Assembly: GCA_902803085.1 (NCBI GenBank)
Contig: CADCOO010000009.1
Span: forward strand, 1-42,678
Direction of reading: 5' to 3'
Source of the DNA: an uncultured Planctomycetota bacterium
Lineage (GTDB): Bacteria; Planctomycetota; Planctomycetia; Pirellulales; Thermoguttaceae
DNA: 42,678 nucleotides
Shown: in pieces, positions 1 through 8,216 of the stretch
How the letters are laid out: every line of letters starts with the position of its first letter
Numbering within the stretch: position 1 is the first letter of the stretch
Notes under the pieces: model-generated
What the model was told of the DNA's origin: nothing
The model's database searches: none
The model's input: only the letters and a program-made list of their open reading frames with translations
Translations under genes and position numbers: made by a program

Positions 1-627
1 TCGGAACTCGCCGGAAGGCGCGGGATCGGTCGGCGCGGGGTATTGAGCCGCGGCGGAAGATTCGGCGGCGGGGAGAACGTCGAAGAGGGACGCGATTCGA
101 CGATCGGGGACTTGCCCGTCTTCAACGTTGGCGTCGTCTTGAACCTGATATTCGAGTCCGAGCCAGCCCTTGCCGTTCGGTTGGACGATTTTATATTTTA
201 CGCCGGAATTACACGCTCTGCCGAATCGCCATTCGAAGGAGAACGCGTAATTGGCGTAGGAATCTGCGGTAACAATATCGCGCGCGTTCGCAGGATCAAC
301 GATCTTAAGAACGCCGCCTTCCGCAACCCAACCTTGCGGTTCGCCCCCCGCTTCGTCAGTCCAACCTGCGAAGGACTCGCCGTCGAAGAGCGCGATCGGT
401 TCGGAGGCGTCGCATAGCGATTCTAGAGTTGCGTTCTGATCGGGCGCGACGTTTTCGGCCTCGTTAGTTGAAGGAACGGCGAGAGGCGCGGAGTCGGCGG
501 GTTGCGACGGACTGGACTGACCGAGTTCATAATCCGGATCGGCGACGAAAGTCTTATCGCCGGAATTGCACGAAGAAGCGACGAGCGCAAGGAGAAGCGC
601 GGCGCTGAAAAAAACGATGCGTTGCAT
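1..627 (-). CDS. DUF1080 (3-keto-disaccharide hydrolase-like, LamG-fold) domain protein, probable lipoprotein; N-terminal 209 codons only, since the 3' end lies beyond the window start
   Basis: Absent from the ORF track because it runs off the window. The reverse-strand ATG (CAT at 625-627) opens a stop-free frame down to position 1. Translation: MQRIVFFSAALLLALVASSCNSGD... (signal peptide with a lipobox-like ASSC), then PIALFDGESFAGWTDE..GWVAEGGVLKIV..ADSYANYAFSFEWRF..CNSGVKYKI, the pattern I associate with DUF1080 proteins. It supersedes the antisense ORF 43..417(+). Confidence 0.7.
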   Translation of the reverse strand, partial: MQRIVFFSAALLLALVASSCNSGDKTFVADPDYELGQSSPSQPADSAPLAVPSTNEAENVAPDQNATLESLCDASEPIALFDGESFAGWTDEAGGEPQGWVAEGGVLKIVDPANARDIVTADSYANYAFSFEWRFGRACNSGVKYKIVQPNGKGWLGLEYQVQDDANVEDGQVPDRRIASLFDVLPAAESSAAAQYPAPTDPAPSGEFR

Positions 628-684
628 GATAAGTCTCTTGTAGGGTGGAGCGCGGTCGCGTTGCGGCGGCGCGCGTTGCGCATT

Positions 685-713
685 AAAAAAGCGGAGCGTT
701 GGAAACGCCCCGC
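685..713 (-). terminator. Rho-independent terminator after the nucleoside hydrolase gene
   Basis: The minus-strand RNA reads GCGGGGCG-UUUCCAA-CGCUCCGC, an 8-bp GC-rich stem with one G-U pair. It is followed by UUUUUU (the plus-strand A-run at 685-690), about 50 nt after the stop at 764. Confidence 0.75.
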
Positions 714-763
714 CTCGATTGAAAACGAGTTGCGCGCCCGAAAACTTAGCGCGCCGGACGCGA

Positions 764-1810
764 TTACGGCTTCAGTTGGCGTTCGCTACTGAGCCATTCA
801 AACGCCTCTTGAACGCGCACGATCTGCTCGCGATTAACGATAAAGAGTCGCGCGTTTCCTTGTTCGTCTGCGATAAAGCGAGAATGACCTTGGTCGTCGA
901 TTGTGATATTGCCCGCTTGAGATAGGGAGAAATATCCGCGATCAGGTCGCGCCGCGTAGAGGATCGTCGTGAGATCCCACGTGCATTGCTTTGCGTTAGG
1001 ATCGAGACCGCGATAGTATTTATACGCTTCTTTGACGGGATGATATTTCACATAATCATAGTCGTTGAGCATGGCGACGCCGGTCATGAGAATTTCACGA
1101 CCTACTTCAAATCCGGAGCAGAAGATTGGAGTCGGCCATTCGGCAAAGACCTTTTGAGCGGCGGGAATATCGTTCGCGACGTTGTACTCCGCGTGCTGAA
1201 CTTCGGCGAAATTGCCCGCCATGGCGACGAGACATTTGACTTTTTTAGCCGCGAGTTCGCGTCCGTTGAGAGGCGAATATTCGTCGCCCGGCGTGTCGAG
1301 GAGTCGCGCAAGATTTGTTGAGAAACCGACTTGCGCGATCACGACGGAGCCGTCCGGTTGCGCCGCGAGCGTCTTGCGCAGCAGCGCGACCGCTTCCATA
1401 TACTCGGTCTTGTCTTCCGCGAGGTTGAAGAACGGGAACATGAGATTGCCGTCTTCGTCCTTAGCTTCGAGGGACTGACGAAGGAATTTGCCGTCGTCGG
1501 TCGTGCAGCCGCTCTCCTTAACGTATCCGATCGGAACGTCCGGGTTCTGATAGAACGTATTGAGCATTTTGCAATAGGGCGCGGCGTATTTATTATCTTT
1601 GGTGAGCGTGAGCGCGAGGAATTCGAGTTCGCCGCGTTTCTCCAGGTTATTGATCATAGCGAGCGCGAAGACGTCGTCTATGTCGTTTCCCATATCGGTG
1701 TCGTAGATCAATTTGACCGGCTCGCCGGCGCGTGATTGCGGCGCGGACGGCGCGAGAACGCCTAGGAACGCTACGCAAAGAGACAATTTCAGAATAGCGA
1801 ATTTTGACAA
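764..1810 (-). CDS. Secreted inosine-uridine-preferring nucleoside hydrolase family protein
   Basis: 348-aa ORF with an N-terminal signal peptide (MSKFAILKLSLCVAFLGVLAPSAP). This is followed by the IUNH aspartate cluster LIYDTDMGNDIDDVFALAM (DxDxxxDD motif). Confidence 0.75.
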   Translation of the reverse strand: MSKFAILKLSLCVAFLGVLAPSAPQSRAGEPVKLIYDTDMGNDIDDVFALAMINNLEKRGELEFLALTLTKDNKYAAPYCKMLNTFYQNPDVPIGYVKESGCTTDDGKFLRQSLEAKDEDGNLMFPFFNLAEDKTEYMEAVALLRKTLAAQPDGSVVIAQVGFSTNLARLLDTPGDEYSPLNGRELAAKKVKCLVAMAGNFAEVQHAEYNVANDIPAAQKVFAEWPTPIFCSGFEVGREILMTGVAMLNDYDYVKYHPVKEAYKYYRGLDPNAKQCTWDLTTILYAARPDRGYFSLSQAGNITIDDQGHSRFIADEQGNARLFIVNREQIVRVQEAFEWLSSERQLKP

Positions 1811-1875
1811 GGCATAGCCCTTTCATGTTGAACCGAGCGCAACCGCGCGTCGGATTTCACTCGAGGTAATAAATA

Positions 1876-1912
1876 GCGACCGCGCGGCGCCAATAGACCG
1901 CGCGGCCGGTCG
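1876..1912 (-). terminator. Candidate GC-rich terminator hairpin after rubredoxin
   Basis: Two copies of the self-complementary octamer CCGCGCGG, separated by about 10 nt, can form an 8-bp GC stem. On the minus strand it is followed by UAUUUAUUA. It starts 10 nt after the rubredoxin stop. Confidence 0.4.
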
Positions 1913-1921
1913 ATCGAAACG

Positions 1922-2083
1922 TTATTCTTCAACTTTGACAAACTCGTCTTTGGAGACTCCGCAAACGGGGCAGACCCAATCTTCCGGGAGGTCCTCAAAA
2001 GCGGTTCCGGGCGCGATTCCACTATCGGGATCGCCGACGGCGGGGTCGTAAATGTATCCGCAAGGTTCGCATTGATATTTCAT
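1922..2083 (-). CDS. Rubredoxin (53 aa)
   Basis: Below the 60-aa cutoff of the ORF track. Reverse-strand translation: [53 protein letters not shown]. It has two CxxCG iron-binding knuckles (CEPCG, CPVCG) and the conserved Y-x-Y-D-P and DLP-DW-CP rubredoxin pattern. A GAAAGGAAG RBS lies 5 nt upstream of the ATG. Confidence 0.93.
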   Translation of the reverse strand: MKYQCEPCGYIYDPAVGDPDSGIAPGTAFEDLPEDWVCPVCGVSKDEFVKVEE

Positions 2084-2170
2084 ATTGACTTCCTTTCATG
2101 GATAGTAATTGATTTCGGGTTTACATTATTGGACTGTCGATTCAAATCGCCAACCAGGGGCGACCCGTAA

Positions 2171-2199
2171 ATTGTACTAAGCGTTCTCGACGATTTCAA
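2171..2199 (-). promoter_or_regulatory. Sigma-70-type promoter candidate for rubredoxin
   Basis: The minus strand reads TTGAAA-N17-TACAAT (plus-strand tttcaa at 2194-2199, attgta at 2171-2176), about 90 nt upstream of the rubredoxin ATG. Confidence 0.5.
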
Positions 2200-2223
2200 G
2201 TTGTCTAGAACTTTTGCGCGGAG

Positions 2224-5049
2224 TTAGCGATCGTCTCGTCGGCCGCCGTGTCCGCCGCGTTTAAAGTTGGAATTCGACCCGCCGCCTCTTTTGAACGGTT
2301 TATTATTGGGCTTGTCAAACCGCTTTTGAGCGCCGTAACCGTCTTTCGGTTTTCCGTAAGACTTCTGACGATCGTCGCGTTTTTTAAAGTCGTCGTTAAA
2401 ACGCGAGCCGGTCTTTTTGAAGTCGCCGCGTTTTGAGAATCCGTCGTCGCGGCGCTCTTGTGCGGAGTCGAATTCTCGCGGCTTGCGGCGTTCCCCCGCG
2501 ACGCGCGCGTCCGATTGACCGAAGTCGCCGCGTCTAGGCCGTCGCGCCGCGTCGGTGGAACCGCCGAAATTGCGGCGTTCTCTTGCGTCGCGTCCGTAAT
2601 TGCGCGCGCCGCCGCGATAGCCGTCGCCGGTCTTTTCGCGCCCGACCCGTTTGCCGCCGCGTTGCGCGTCGTCGCGTCGTTCCTCGTCGCGCGGCTCGTT
2701 TACGTGGGCGTGCGGATCGAATTCGGCGAACTGCGCGCGTCTGGCTTTTGCCGCCTGTATATCGCGCTCCGTCTCCTTCTTTTTACGCACGATTTGTGAA
2801 GAGCGCAGGCGCGTCGCCGATTTTTCAACGTAACGAGGAATAAGCGAATCCTCGCTGTCGCCGATGAGGTCGGTTCGGCCGGCCTCCTGAAGCGCGCTTT
2901 TGACGTCGTAGTAGCATTCGGGATTGTAATAGAAGAGTAGCGCGCGCTGTAGACGACGTTCGCGCAACGTTTTGGGAACGTAGACTTCCTCGCCGCTTAT
3001 GGGGTCGATTCCGGTGTAATACGCGCAAGTTGCCGGCTGGAAAGGCGCGGGAATGAAATCTTGCACCTGTTCAGGTCGTACGTCGTGCTTTTTGAGATAG
3101 ACGGCGACCTCGACCATTGCCGTAAGGGTACACCCGGGGAAGCCGGAAATGAGGTAGGGGATGCAATACTGCTCTTTCCCGGCCTTTATGGACTCTTGCG
3201 TAAAGACGTCGACGAATTCCTCGTAATTCTCAATCGGCGGCTTGTTCATGAGGCGCAAAACGTCGTTGTCGACGTGTTCTGGCGCCGTCTTTAAATGCCC
3301 GCCCGTATGATTGGCGGCAAGTTCGGCGATAAACGGAACGGAGAAGATCGCAAGATCGGTGCGGATTCCCGACGCGATAAGAACCTTTTTAACGCCTTCG
3401 ACGGCGCGCGCGCGGCGCAAGAGTTCGACGTAACGCGACTGGTCGACGTCGAGATTCTGGCAGATCGTCGGACAGAGGCACGAGACTCGGCGACACGTCT
3501 TGCAGATATCCTTGTTTTTACCCCCGAGTCGGTACATATTCGCAGTCGGCGCGTTCAAGTCGCTTACGACGTAATCGCCGCCGTTCGCGTCCGCCAACTG
3601 CCGAATTTCTTTGAGAATAGCGTCCTCGCTTCGCGACTGAATGAATTTGCCCTGGTGCGCGGTAATCGCGCAAAAACTACAGCCTCCGAAGCACCCGCGA
3701 TGCGTTTGCACGGTCGAGCGTACGACTTCGACCGCCGGTATCGTCTCGGTATAAGACGGGTGGGGGCGACGCGTAAACGGCAGCGCGTAGACGGCGTCCA
3801 TTTCTTCTTCAGAGAGTGGAAACGCCGGAGGATTGACGACGATCGCTTCCTCGCCGCATTCTTGCAGTAGCGTTTTGGCGCAGTATGGATTGAGATTGGC
3901 ATAGGCGATTTGCGTCATTTTAACGAACTGCTCTTTGGAAGAGCGCTCGTTTTGTTCAGGCGCGCTTTTGACTTTCTGAAGCTCGTTCTTGAGCTCGTGC
4001 GTTCTGGCTTTTGCGCGATTGATTTCAGCGTTGAGTTCGTCAAGGCGCTGATCCGCGAGTTCTTTGAGCGCGTCTAGGCGACGTTTCTCCTCGAGAACCT
4101 GAGGATCGGGCTCCTTCTCTTGCGATTCATCTTTGAGGATCGCGTCGCGGTTAGCGAGCAGTTCGCGTTCGAGACGCTTTTTTTCGTCTTTCGCCGGATC
4201 GATTTCGGCAAAGAGTCGATCGAGACGTCGTTCCAGCGGTTTGAGTTCGTCGAGTAATTCGCGCGACTTCTTTTCAGCGGCGCGCTTCTCGACGTTTTCG
4301 TCAAAGCTCACTTCCTCGTAGCTTGGCAGGTGAGCGACCGTATCGGATTCTTCAAGGAGGTCCTCTGATTTTCCGAGACGATAGACGGAACCTCGCACGT
4401 CGCGAATCGATGTGATCGGTTCCCCCTTGGCGAGACGACGCATGACCTCGAGGATCGGACGCTCGCCCATGCCGTAGAGGAGCAGGTCCGCTTTTGAATC
4501 GAGAAGAATCGAACGACGAACGCGATCGCTCCAGTAGTCGTAATGCGCGATGCGTCGGAGACTCGCTTCGATTCCGCCGGCGATTACGGGCGTGCCTGGA
4601 AACGCTTGGCGCGCTCGCTGACAGTACGCAAGCGTGGCGCGGTCGGGACGGCGACCGATAACGCCGCCGGGAGAATAGGCGTCGTCGTTGCGTATTTTGC
4701 GATTCGCCGTGTAGTGATTGAGCATCGAGTCCATATTGCCGGCGCTGACGCAGAACGCGAGGCGCGGACGCCCGAGTTTGCGGAAATCGTCGACGCTGTT
4801 CCAGTCGGGCTGGCTTAGCACGGCGACTCTAAATCCGTCCGCTTCGAGAACGCGGGCGAGAAGCCCGTTAGCGAAGCTTGGCGAGTCGACGTACGCGTCC
4901 CCTGTAATGAAGACGACGTCGACTTCATCCCATCCGCGTCGTTCAATTTCTTCGCGCGACATTGGGAGAGGGTCGGGCGTTTGTAGATTAGGTCGCGTAG
5001 CGCGTTCGGGGTCTTCAAATAGGCTTACAGATTGACTCGGTTCACTCAT
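2224..5049 (-). CDS. ygiQ: YgiQ-family (UPF0313) radical SAM protein, expanded to 941 aa
   Basis: The N-terminal domain (VDVVFITGDAYVDSPSFANGLLARVLEADGFRVAVLSQPDW) matches the YgiQ radical-SAM N domain. The cluster motif CFGGCSFC (CxxxCxxC) is at aa 453-460. The ORF also carries a charged coiled-coil insertion (aa ~250-370) and an R/G/D/K-rich tail (aa ~745-941). Confidence 0.88.
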   Translation of the reverse strand: MSEPSQSVSLFEDPERATRPNLQTPDPLPMSREEIERRGWDEVDVVFITGDAYVDSPSFANGLLARVLEADGFRVAVLSQPDWNSVDDFRKLGRPRLAFCVSAGNMDSMLNHYTANRKIRNDDAYSPGGVIGRRPDRATLAYCQRARQAFPGTPVIAGGIEASLRRIAHYDYWSDRVRRSILLDSKADLLLYGMGERPILEVMRRLAKGEPITSIRDVRGSVYRLGKSEDLLEESDTVAHLPSYEEVSFDENVEKRAAEKKSRELLDELKPLERRLDRLFAEIDPAKDEKKRLERELLANRDAILKDESQEKEPDPQVLEEKRRLDALKELADQRLDELNAEINRAKARTHELKNELQKVKSAPEQNERSSKEQFVKMTQIAYANLNPYCAKTLLQECGEEAIVVNPPAFPLSEEEMDAVYALPFTRRPHPSYTETIPAVEVVRSTVQTHRGCFGGCSFCAITAHQGKFIQSRSEDAILKEIRQLADANGGDYVVSDLNAPTANMYRLGGKNKDICKTCRRVSCLCPTICQNLDVDQSRYVELLRRARAVEGVKKVLIASGIRTDLAIFSVPFIAELAANHTGGHLKTAPEHVDNDVLRLMNKPPIENYEEFVDVFTQESIKAGKEQYCIPYLISGFPGCTLTAMVEVAVYLKKHDVRPEQVQDFIPAPFQPATCAYYTGIDPISGEEVYVPKTLRERRLQRALLFYYNPECYYDVKSALQEAGRTDLIGDSEDSLIPRYVEKSATRLRSSQIVRKKKETERDIQAAKARRAQFAEFDPHAHVNEPRDEERRDDAQRGGKRVGREKTGDGYRGGARNYGRDARERRNFGGSTDAARRPRRGDFGQSDARVAGERRKPREFDSAQERRDDGFSKRGDFKKTGSRFNDDFKKRDDRQKSYGKPKDGYGAQKRFDKPNNKPFKRGGGSNSNFKRGGHGGRRDDR

Positions 5050-5223
5050 AATTGTCGCCTTTTGGAACTAGCGCAATAGCCGGACGGTAATCGAAACGGA
5101 TTGCGCGATGCGAAGGAATATGTCGAAATACGGTCGTATTGTCGCACATCGTCGCCATTTTGCAAGCGCCCAGTCATTTTTTTGCGACGCTTTGAGATAT
5201 TTAGCGGCGATTGAACGAAGAAT

Positions 5224-5268
5224 AAAAAAAGAACGCCGAAGCGGACAGGGACAAGTCCTTCGGCGTTC
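5224..5268 (-). terminator. Rho-independent terminator after the 512-aa secreted-protein gene
   Basis: GAACGCCGAAG(C)GGAC ... GTCCTTCGGCGTTC forms a stem of about 14 bp with one bulge. On the minus strand it is followed by UUUUUUU (plus-strand A-run at 5224-5230), about 75 nt after the stop at 5342. Confidence 0.75.
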
Positions 5269-5341
5269 TCAACGAGTCTGCGCAGATTGGGTTGACGCTT
5301 TGCGGAAGCGTTCTGCGCGACAGAGAAAATAGTCGTTAAGT

Positions 5342-6880
5342 TTAGTAGGTTGGCGCCGCCTGACGGCGAGGAGCGTTTGCCGGTCTCGTTGCGACTGGCG
5401 CCGGTTGCGGCGTTGCGGCGGGACGCGGCGCGGGGCTAGCGGCGACGCGTTGGGGAACGGTCGCGGCGTTTGCGCGGACGGGCGCCGCCTGCGTTGGATT
5501 CGGCTGCGCTTGCTGCGCGTAATTCGGCGACGTCGGCGCGGGTTGCGCCTTCGGTTGGCCCTCTTGGCGTTTAGACGCTTGCATAGCCGCGAAGATCTTA
5601 GGATCTAATTTCTTAAGCTCCTCTTCGGTGAGCGCTTGACTGGAATTGGCAAAACTTCGTACGCTTTCGAGATCCATCTCCGCTTCGTGGAGCGCCGCAG
5701 CCGTTACCTGAGCAACCTTCTGCTTCTTGACGAGTTCTAATTGTTCCTGAGCGAGAGCAATCCTTTGGACGTTTTCTTCACCCGAGCGTTGGGGAACCAT
5801 GATGATAACGGGACGCACGTCGCAGGCGATTGAGAGCCTTTTCTTTTTCGGGTTCATCCTCGTCGATTCCGGGTCGGGTATCTCGACTTCGATCGTATAC
5901 GCTTTGTACTGGCTCGTGCCGGAGCCGTCGTTGACCAGCTCGCCTCCGAACTTCTTCATAATCGCGCCAATTTGGGGATTCAATTCGATATGGCCGTCCT
6001 CTTGTAGCGTTCCGTAGGAATCGAAACCTCCGATCGTTACGAAGCTACAGTCGCGATCGTGGAATTCCCACGCTTCGACGTTCGAATTGCGCAACGCTTC
6101 GCATAGTGCGGCGGCTCGCAGACCCGCGTACTGAAGTCGTTCGGAGAGATTGCCGGAGACGTCCGACGATTTCGACATGTTAGAGTCGCCTGAGAACGTG
6201 GCGATTCGCACCGTATACATCTTCTTATTGTTGAGGAGGCTGTACGGACTGTCGGAATTGAGTTTCGCGACGAAGCCGTCGACGACCCCTTTGTGATTGA
6301 AGTACTCTTTCGGAAGCAACGGGTTCGGCACGGGGGTTGCCCCGCCGAGCGGACCGTAGCCCGCTAGCTTAGGATCACGTTTCGCGTCCGCCTTGAACTT
6401 AGCGGCGATCGCTTGAGATTGTGGATCGTCCTTGAGCGCGCGAGGTTGCATTTTGCGAATCGTTTCGAGCGTCTTTTGCAACCCGGGGTCTTCGCCGGTC
6501 GGGAAACTACCGACGAGTACGGCGTATTCCGGCGCGCGCGCCGTCTGGTAGTGGAAGCGCTTAGACGCGCCCACATAGCTCGAAAGCGCGTCCATGTCCA
6601 TTTTGTCAGGGTCGTATTTGAAAACAAACGCCGGTAAATTCTGAGAGGCGCGTAGTTCGTAGACGAGACGCTTAGCCTGGCGCGCCGCGCCCTCGCCCGA
6701 GAATTTCTTAGCCATAATGAACCAGCGCCCGTCCGACTCCTGCAGAACGTAGTCTTTATTGACGTCGGCTTCGACTTTGTTCGACCTACCCGAGAACAAT
6801 TGGGGCGCCGCAAAGGAAGTCCCGGCGAATCCGCAGAGAATCGCAACGGACAGAATCGTTTTCCAAGTGAATCGTCGCAT
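5342..6880 (-). CDS. Hypothetical secreted protein with a Pro/Ala/Gln-rich C-terminal tail
   Basis: 512-aa ORF with a signal peptide (MRRFTWKTILSVAILCGFAGTSFAAPQ). Two segments loosely resemble SPOR-type beta-alpha-beta repeats (WFIMAKKFSGEGAARQAKRLVYEL..., YTVRIATFSGDS...LCEALRNSNVEAWEF...FVTIGGFDS). The last ~90 aa are low-complexity P/A/Q. I do not recognise a family with confidence. Confidence 0.65.
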   Translation of the reverse strand: MRRFTWKTILSVAILCGFAGTSFAAPQLFSGRSNKVEADVNKDYVLQESDGRWFIMAKKFSGEGAARQAKRLVYELRASQNLPAFVFKYDPDKMDMDALSSYVGASKRFHYQTARAPEYAVLVGSFPTGEDPGLQKTLETIRKMQPRALKDDPQSQAIAAKFKADAKRDPKLAGYGPLGGATPVPNPLLPKEYFNHKGVVDGFVAKLNSDSPYSLLNNKKMYTVRIATFSGDSNMSKSSDVSGNLSERLQYAGLRAAALCEALRNSNVEAWEFHDRDCSFVTIGGFDSYGTLQEDGHIELNPQIGAIMKKFGGELVNDGSGTSQYKAYTIEVEIPDPESTRMNPKKKRLSIACDVRPVIIMVPQRSGEENVQRIALAQEQLELVKKQKVAQVTAAALHEAEMDLESVRSFANSSQALTEEELKKLDPKIFAAMQASKRQEGQPKAQPAPTSPNYAQQAQPNPTQAAPVRANAATVPQRVAASPAPRPAATPQPAPVATRPANAPRRQAAPTY

Positions 6881-6989
6881 AGTTGTCTTAAGCCTTACGG
6901 GATAGTTTCAAGGATGGTCGCAACGTTCTTTGACGAATCAAGAGCGTTGCGAATCGGTGATTATTTGTCGGTAGGGGAGCGCCTCGCGC

Positions 6990-7017
6990 TTGCGCGCGTC
7001 GGCGTTTCGCATATAAT
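6990..7017 (+). promoter_or_regulatory. Sigma-70-type promoter candidate upstream of dus
   Basis: TTGCGC (6990-6995), a 16-nt spacer, then TATAAT (7012-7017), about 115 nt before the ATG at 7134. Confidence 0.3.
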
Positions 7018-7133
7018 TTCCATGTCGTTTGCGGGTGCGCATACGAGCTACTAGTTGTATCGGTTAAAACGATTATTCGCTTTAATCGGTTTTTATTGAG
7101 AGAACGTTTTTTATTGGCTACGGGGATCATCGT

Positions 7134-8165
7134 ATGGGAGAGCCGCTCTTTCCGCCCCTTAAAATAGGCTCTTTGACGATAGGCGTTCCGCTTCTTCAGG
7201 CGCCTCTTTCAGGATATTCAGACGCGCCGATGCGACGTTTGGCGCGGAAGTTCGGCGCGTCCTTTGCGCTGTGCGAGGTCTTTCTCGATCAGTTTGTCCT
7301 TGAAGTTTCGAAACGGTCGAAATCGCGTTTTTATTTGGCGGTGCAAGACGGCGATAAACCGACCGGCGCGCAACTCATGGGCTCGTCTTCCGACGAATTT
7401 GTTTCGGCGGCTCTGCGACTCGTCGAGTGCGGTTTTGAGCTCATCGACCTAAATTTCGCGTGTCCTGTTAAGAAGGTCGTCGGAAAGAGTCGCGGAGGAT
7501 ACCTCATTTCTGACCCCGAGCGCGCAATTGAAATCGCACGACGCGTGCGCAACGCTCTACCTGGCGACGTTCCCGTTACCGTTAAAATGCGCAAGGGATA
7601 CGACGAGTCCGAGAAAAGTCGGGACGCCTTTTGGCGGCTCCTCGACGGACTGATTGACGTTGGCGTCGACGGGGTCGCCGTCCATGGTCGCACGGTCCTT
7701 CAGCGTTATCAAGGCGTCGCCGATTGGAATTTCTTGCGCGACGTTAAAGAGCGCGTCGCCGTCAAACGGAATCGTCCCGACCTACCGGTGATCGGTTGCG
7801 GCGATCTTTTTTCAGCGGAAACGGTCGTTGCCAGAATGAAGGCGTCCGGCGTCGACGGGGTGGCGTTAGCGCGCGGCATTATCGGTAATCCGTGGCTCTT
7901 CGCTCAGACGCGCGCCGCATTGGAAGGACGCGAGATTCCGCCTCCGCCGACCCTTGCGGAACAAAAGGCGACGATTATGGAACATTTCCAAGCGGTTCTC
8001 GACCTCTACGGCGAAAAACGCGGCGCGACTATTATGCGAAAATTCGGCGTCGCTTATTCGAAGCTTCATCCTGACGCGGAGAAGCTCCGTATGGAGTTTG
8101 TGCTCTGCAAGACGGCGGCGGGTTGGTTTGAGATTCTGGACAAATACTATTCTGATCCGAACTAG
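7134..8165 (+). CDS. tRNA-dihydrouridine synthase (Dus family)
   Basis: 343 aa with these motifs: LQAPLSGYSDAPMRRLARKFG, DLNFACPVKKV (catalytic Cys), VTVKMRKG, VAVHGRT, VIGCGDL and ALARGIIGNPWLF. Confidence 0.9.
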   Translation: MGEPLFPPLKIGSLTIGVPLLQAPLSGYSDAPMRRLARKFGASFALCEVFLDQFVLEVSKRSKSRFYLAVQDGDKPTGAQLMGSSSDEFVSAALRLVECGFELIDLNFACPVKKVVGKSRGGYLISDPERAIEIARRVRNALPGDVPVTVKMRKGYDESEKSRDAFWRLLDGLIDVGVDGVAVHGRTVLQRYQGVADWNFLRDVKERVAVKRNRPDLPVIGCGDLFSAETVVARMKASGVDGVALARGIIGNPWLFAQTRAALEGREIPPPPTLAEQKATIMEHFQAVLDLYGEKRGATIMRKFGVAYSKLHPDAEKLRMEFVLCKTAAGWFEILDKYYSDPN

Positions 8166-8216
8166 AATTATGCGGGTTCAATCGAGATCGGAGAATAATT
8201 CCACAGGTGCGACGTT

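Noticed and set aside
43-417. 124-aa plus-strand ORF at the left edge.
   Set aside because: It is antisense to a stop-free minus-strand frame (1..627) that has a signal peptide, a lipobox-like motif and DUF1080 motifs. The plus-strand product is Gly/Arg-rich with no recognisable features.
764-5049. ygiQ, rubredoxin, nucleoside hydrolase and DUF1080 as a single functional operon, for example for 5'-deoxyadenosine salvage by the radical SAM enzyme.
   Set aside because: The nucleoside hydrolase and the DUF1080 protein both have export signals, so they are periplasmic or secreted. Terminator-like hairpins (1876-1912, 685-713) and a separate promoter (2171-2199) break the run into independent units.
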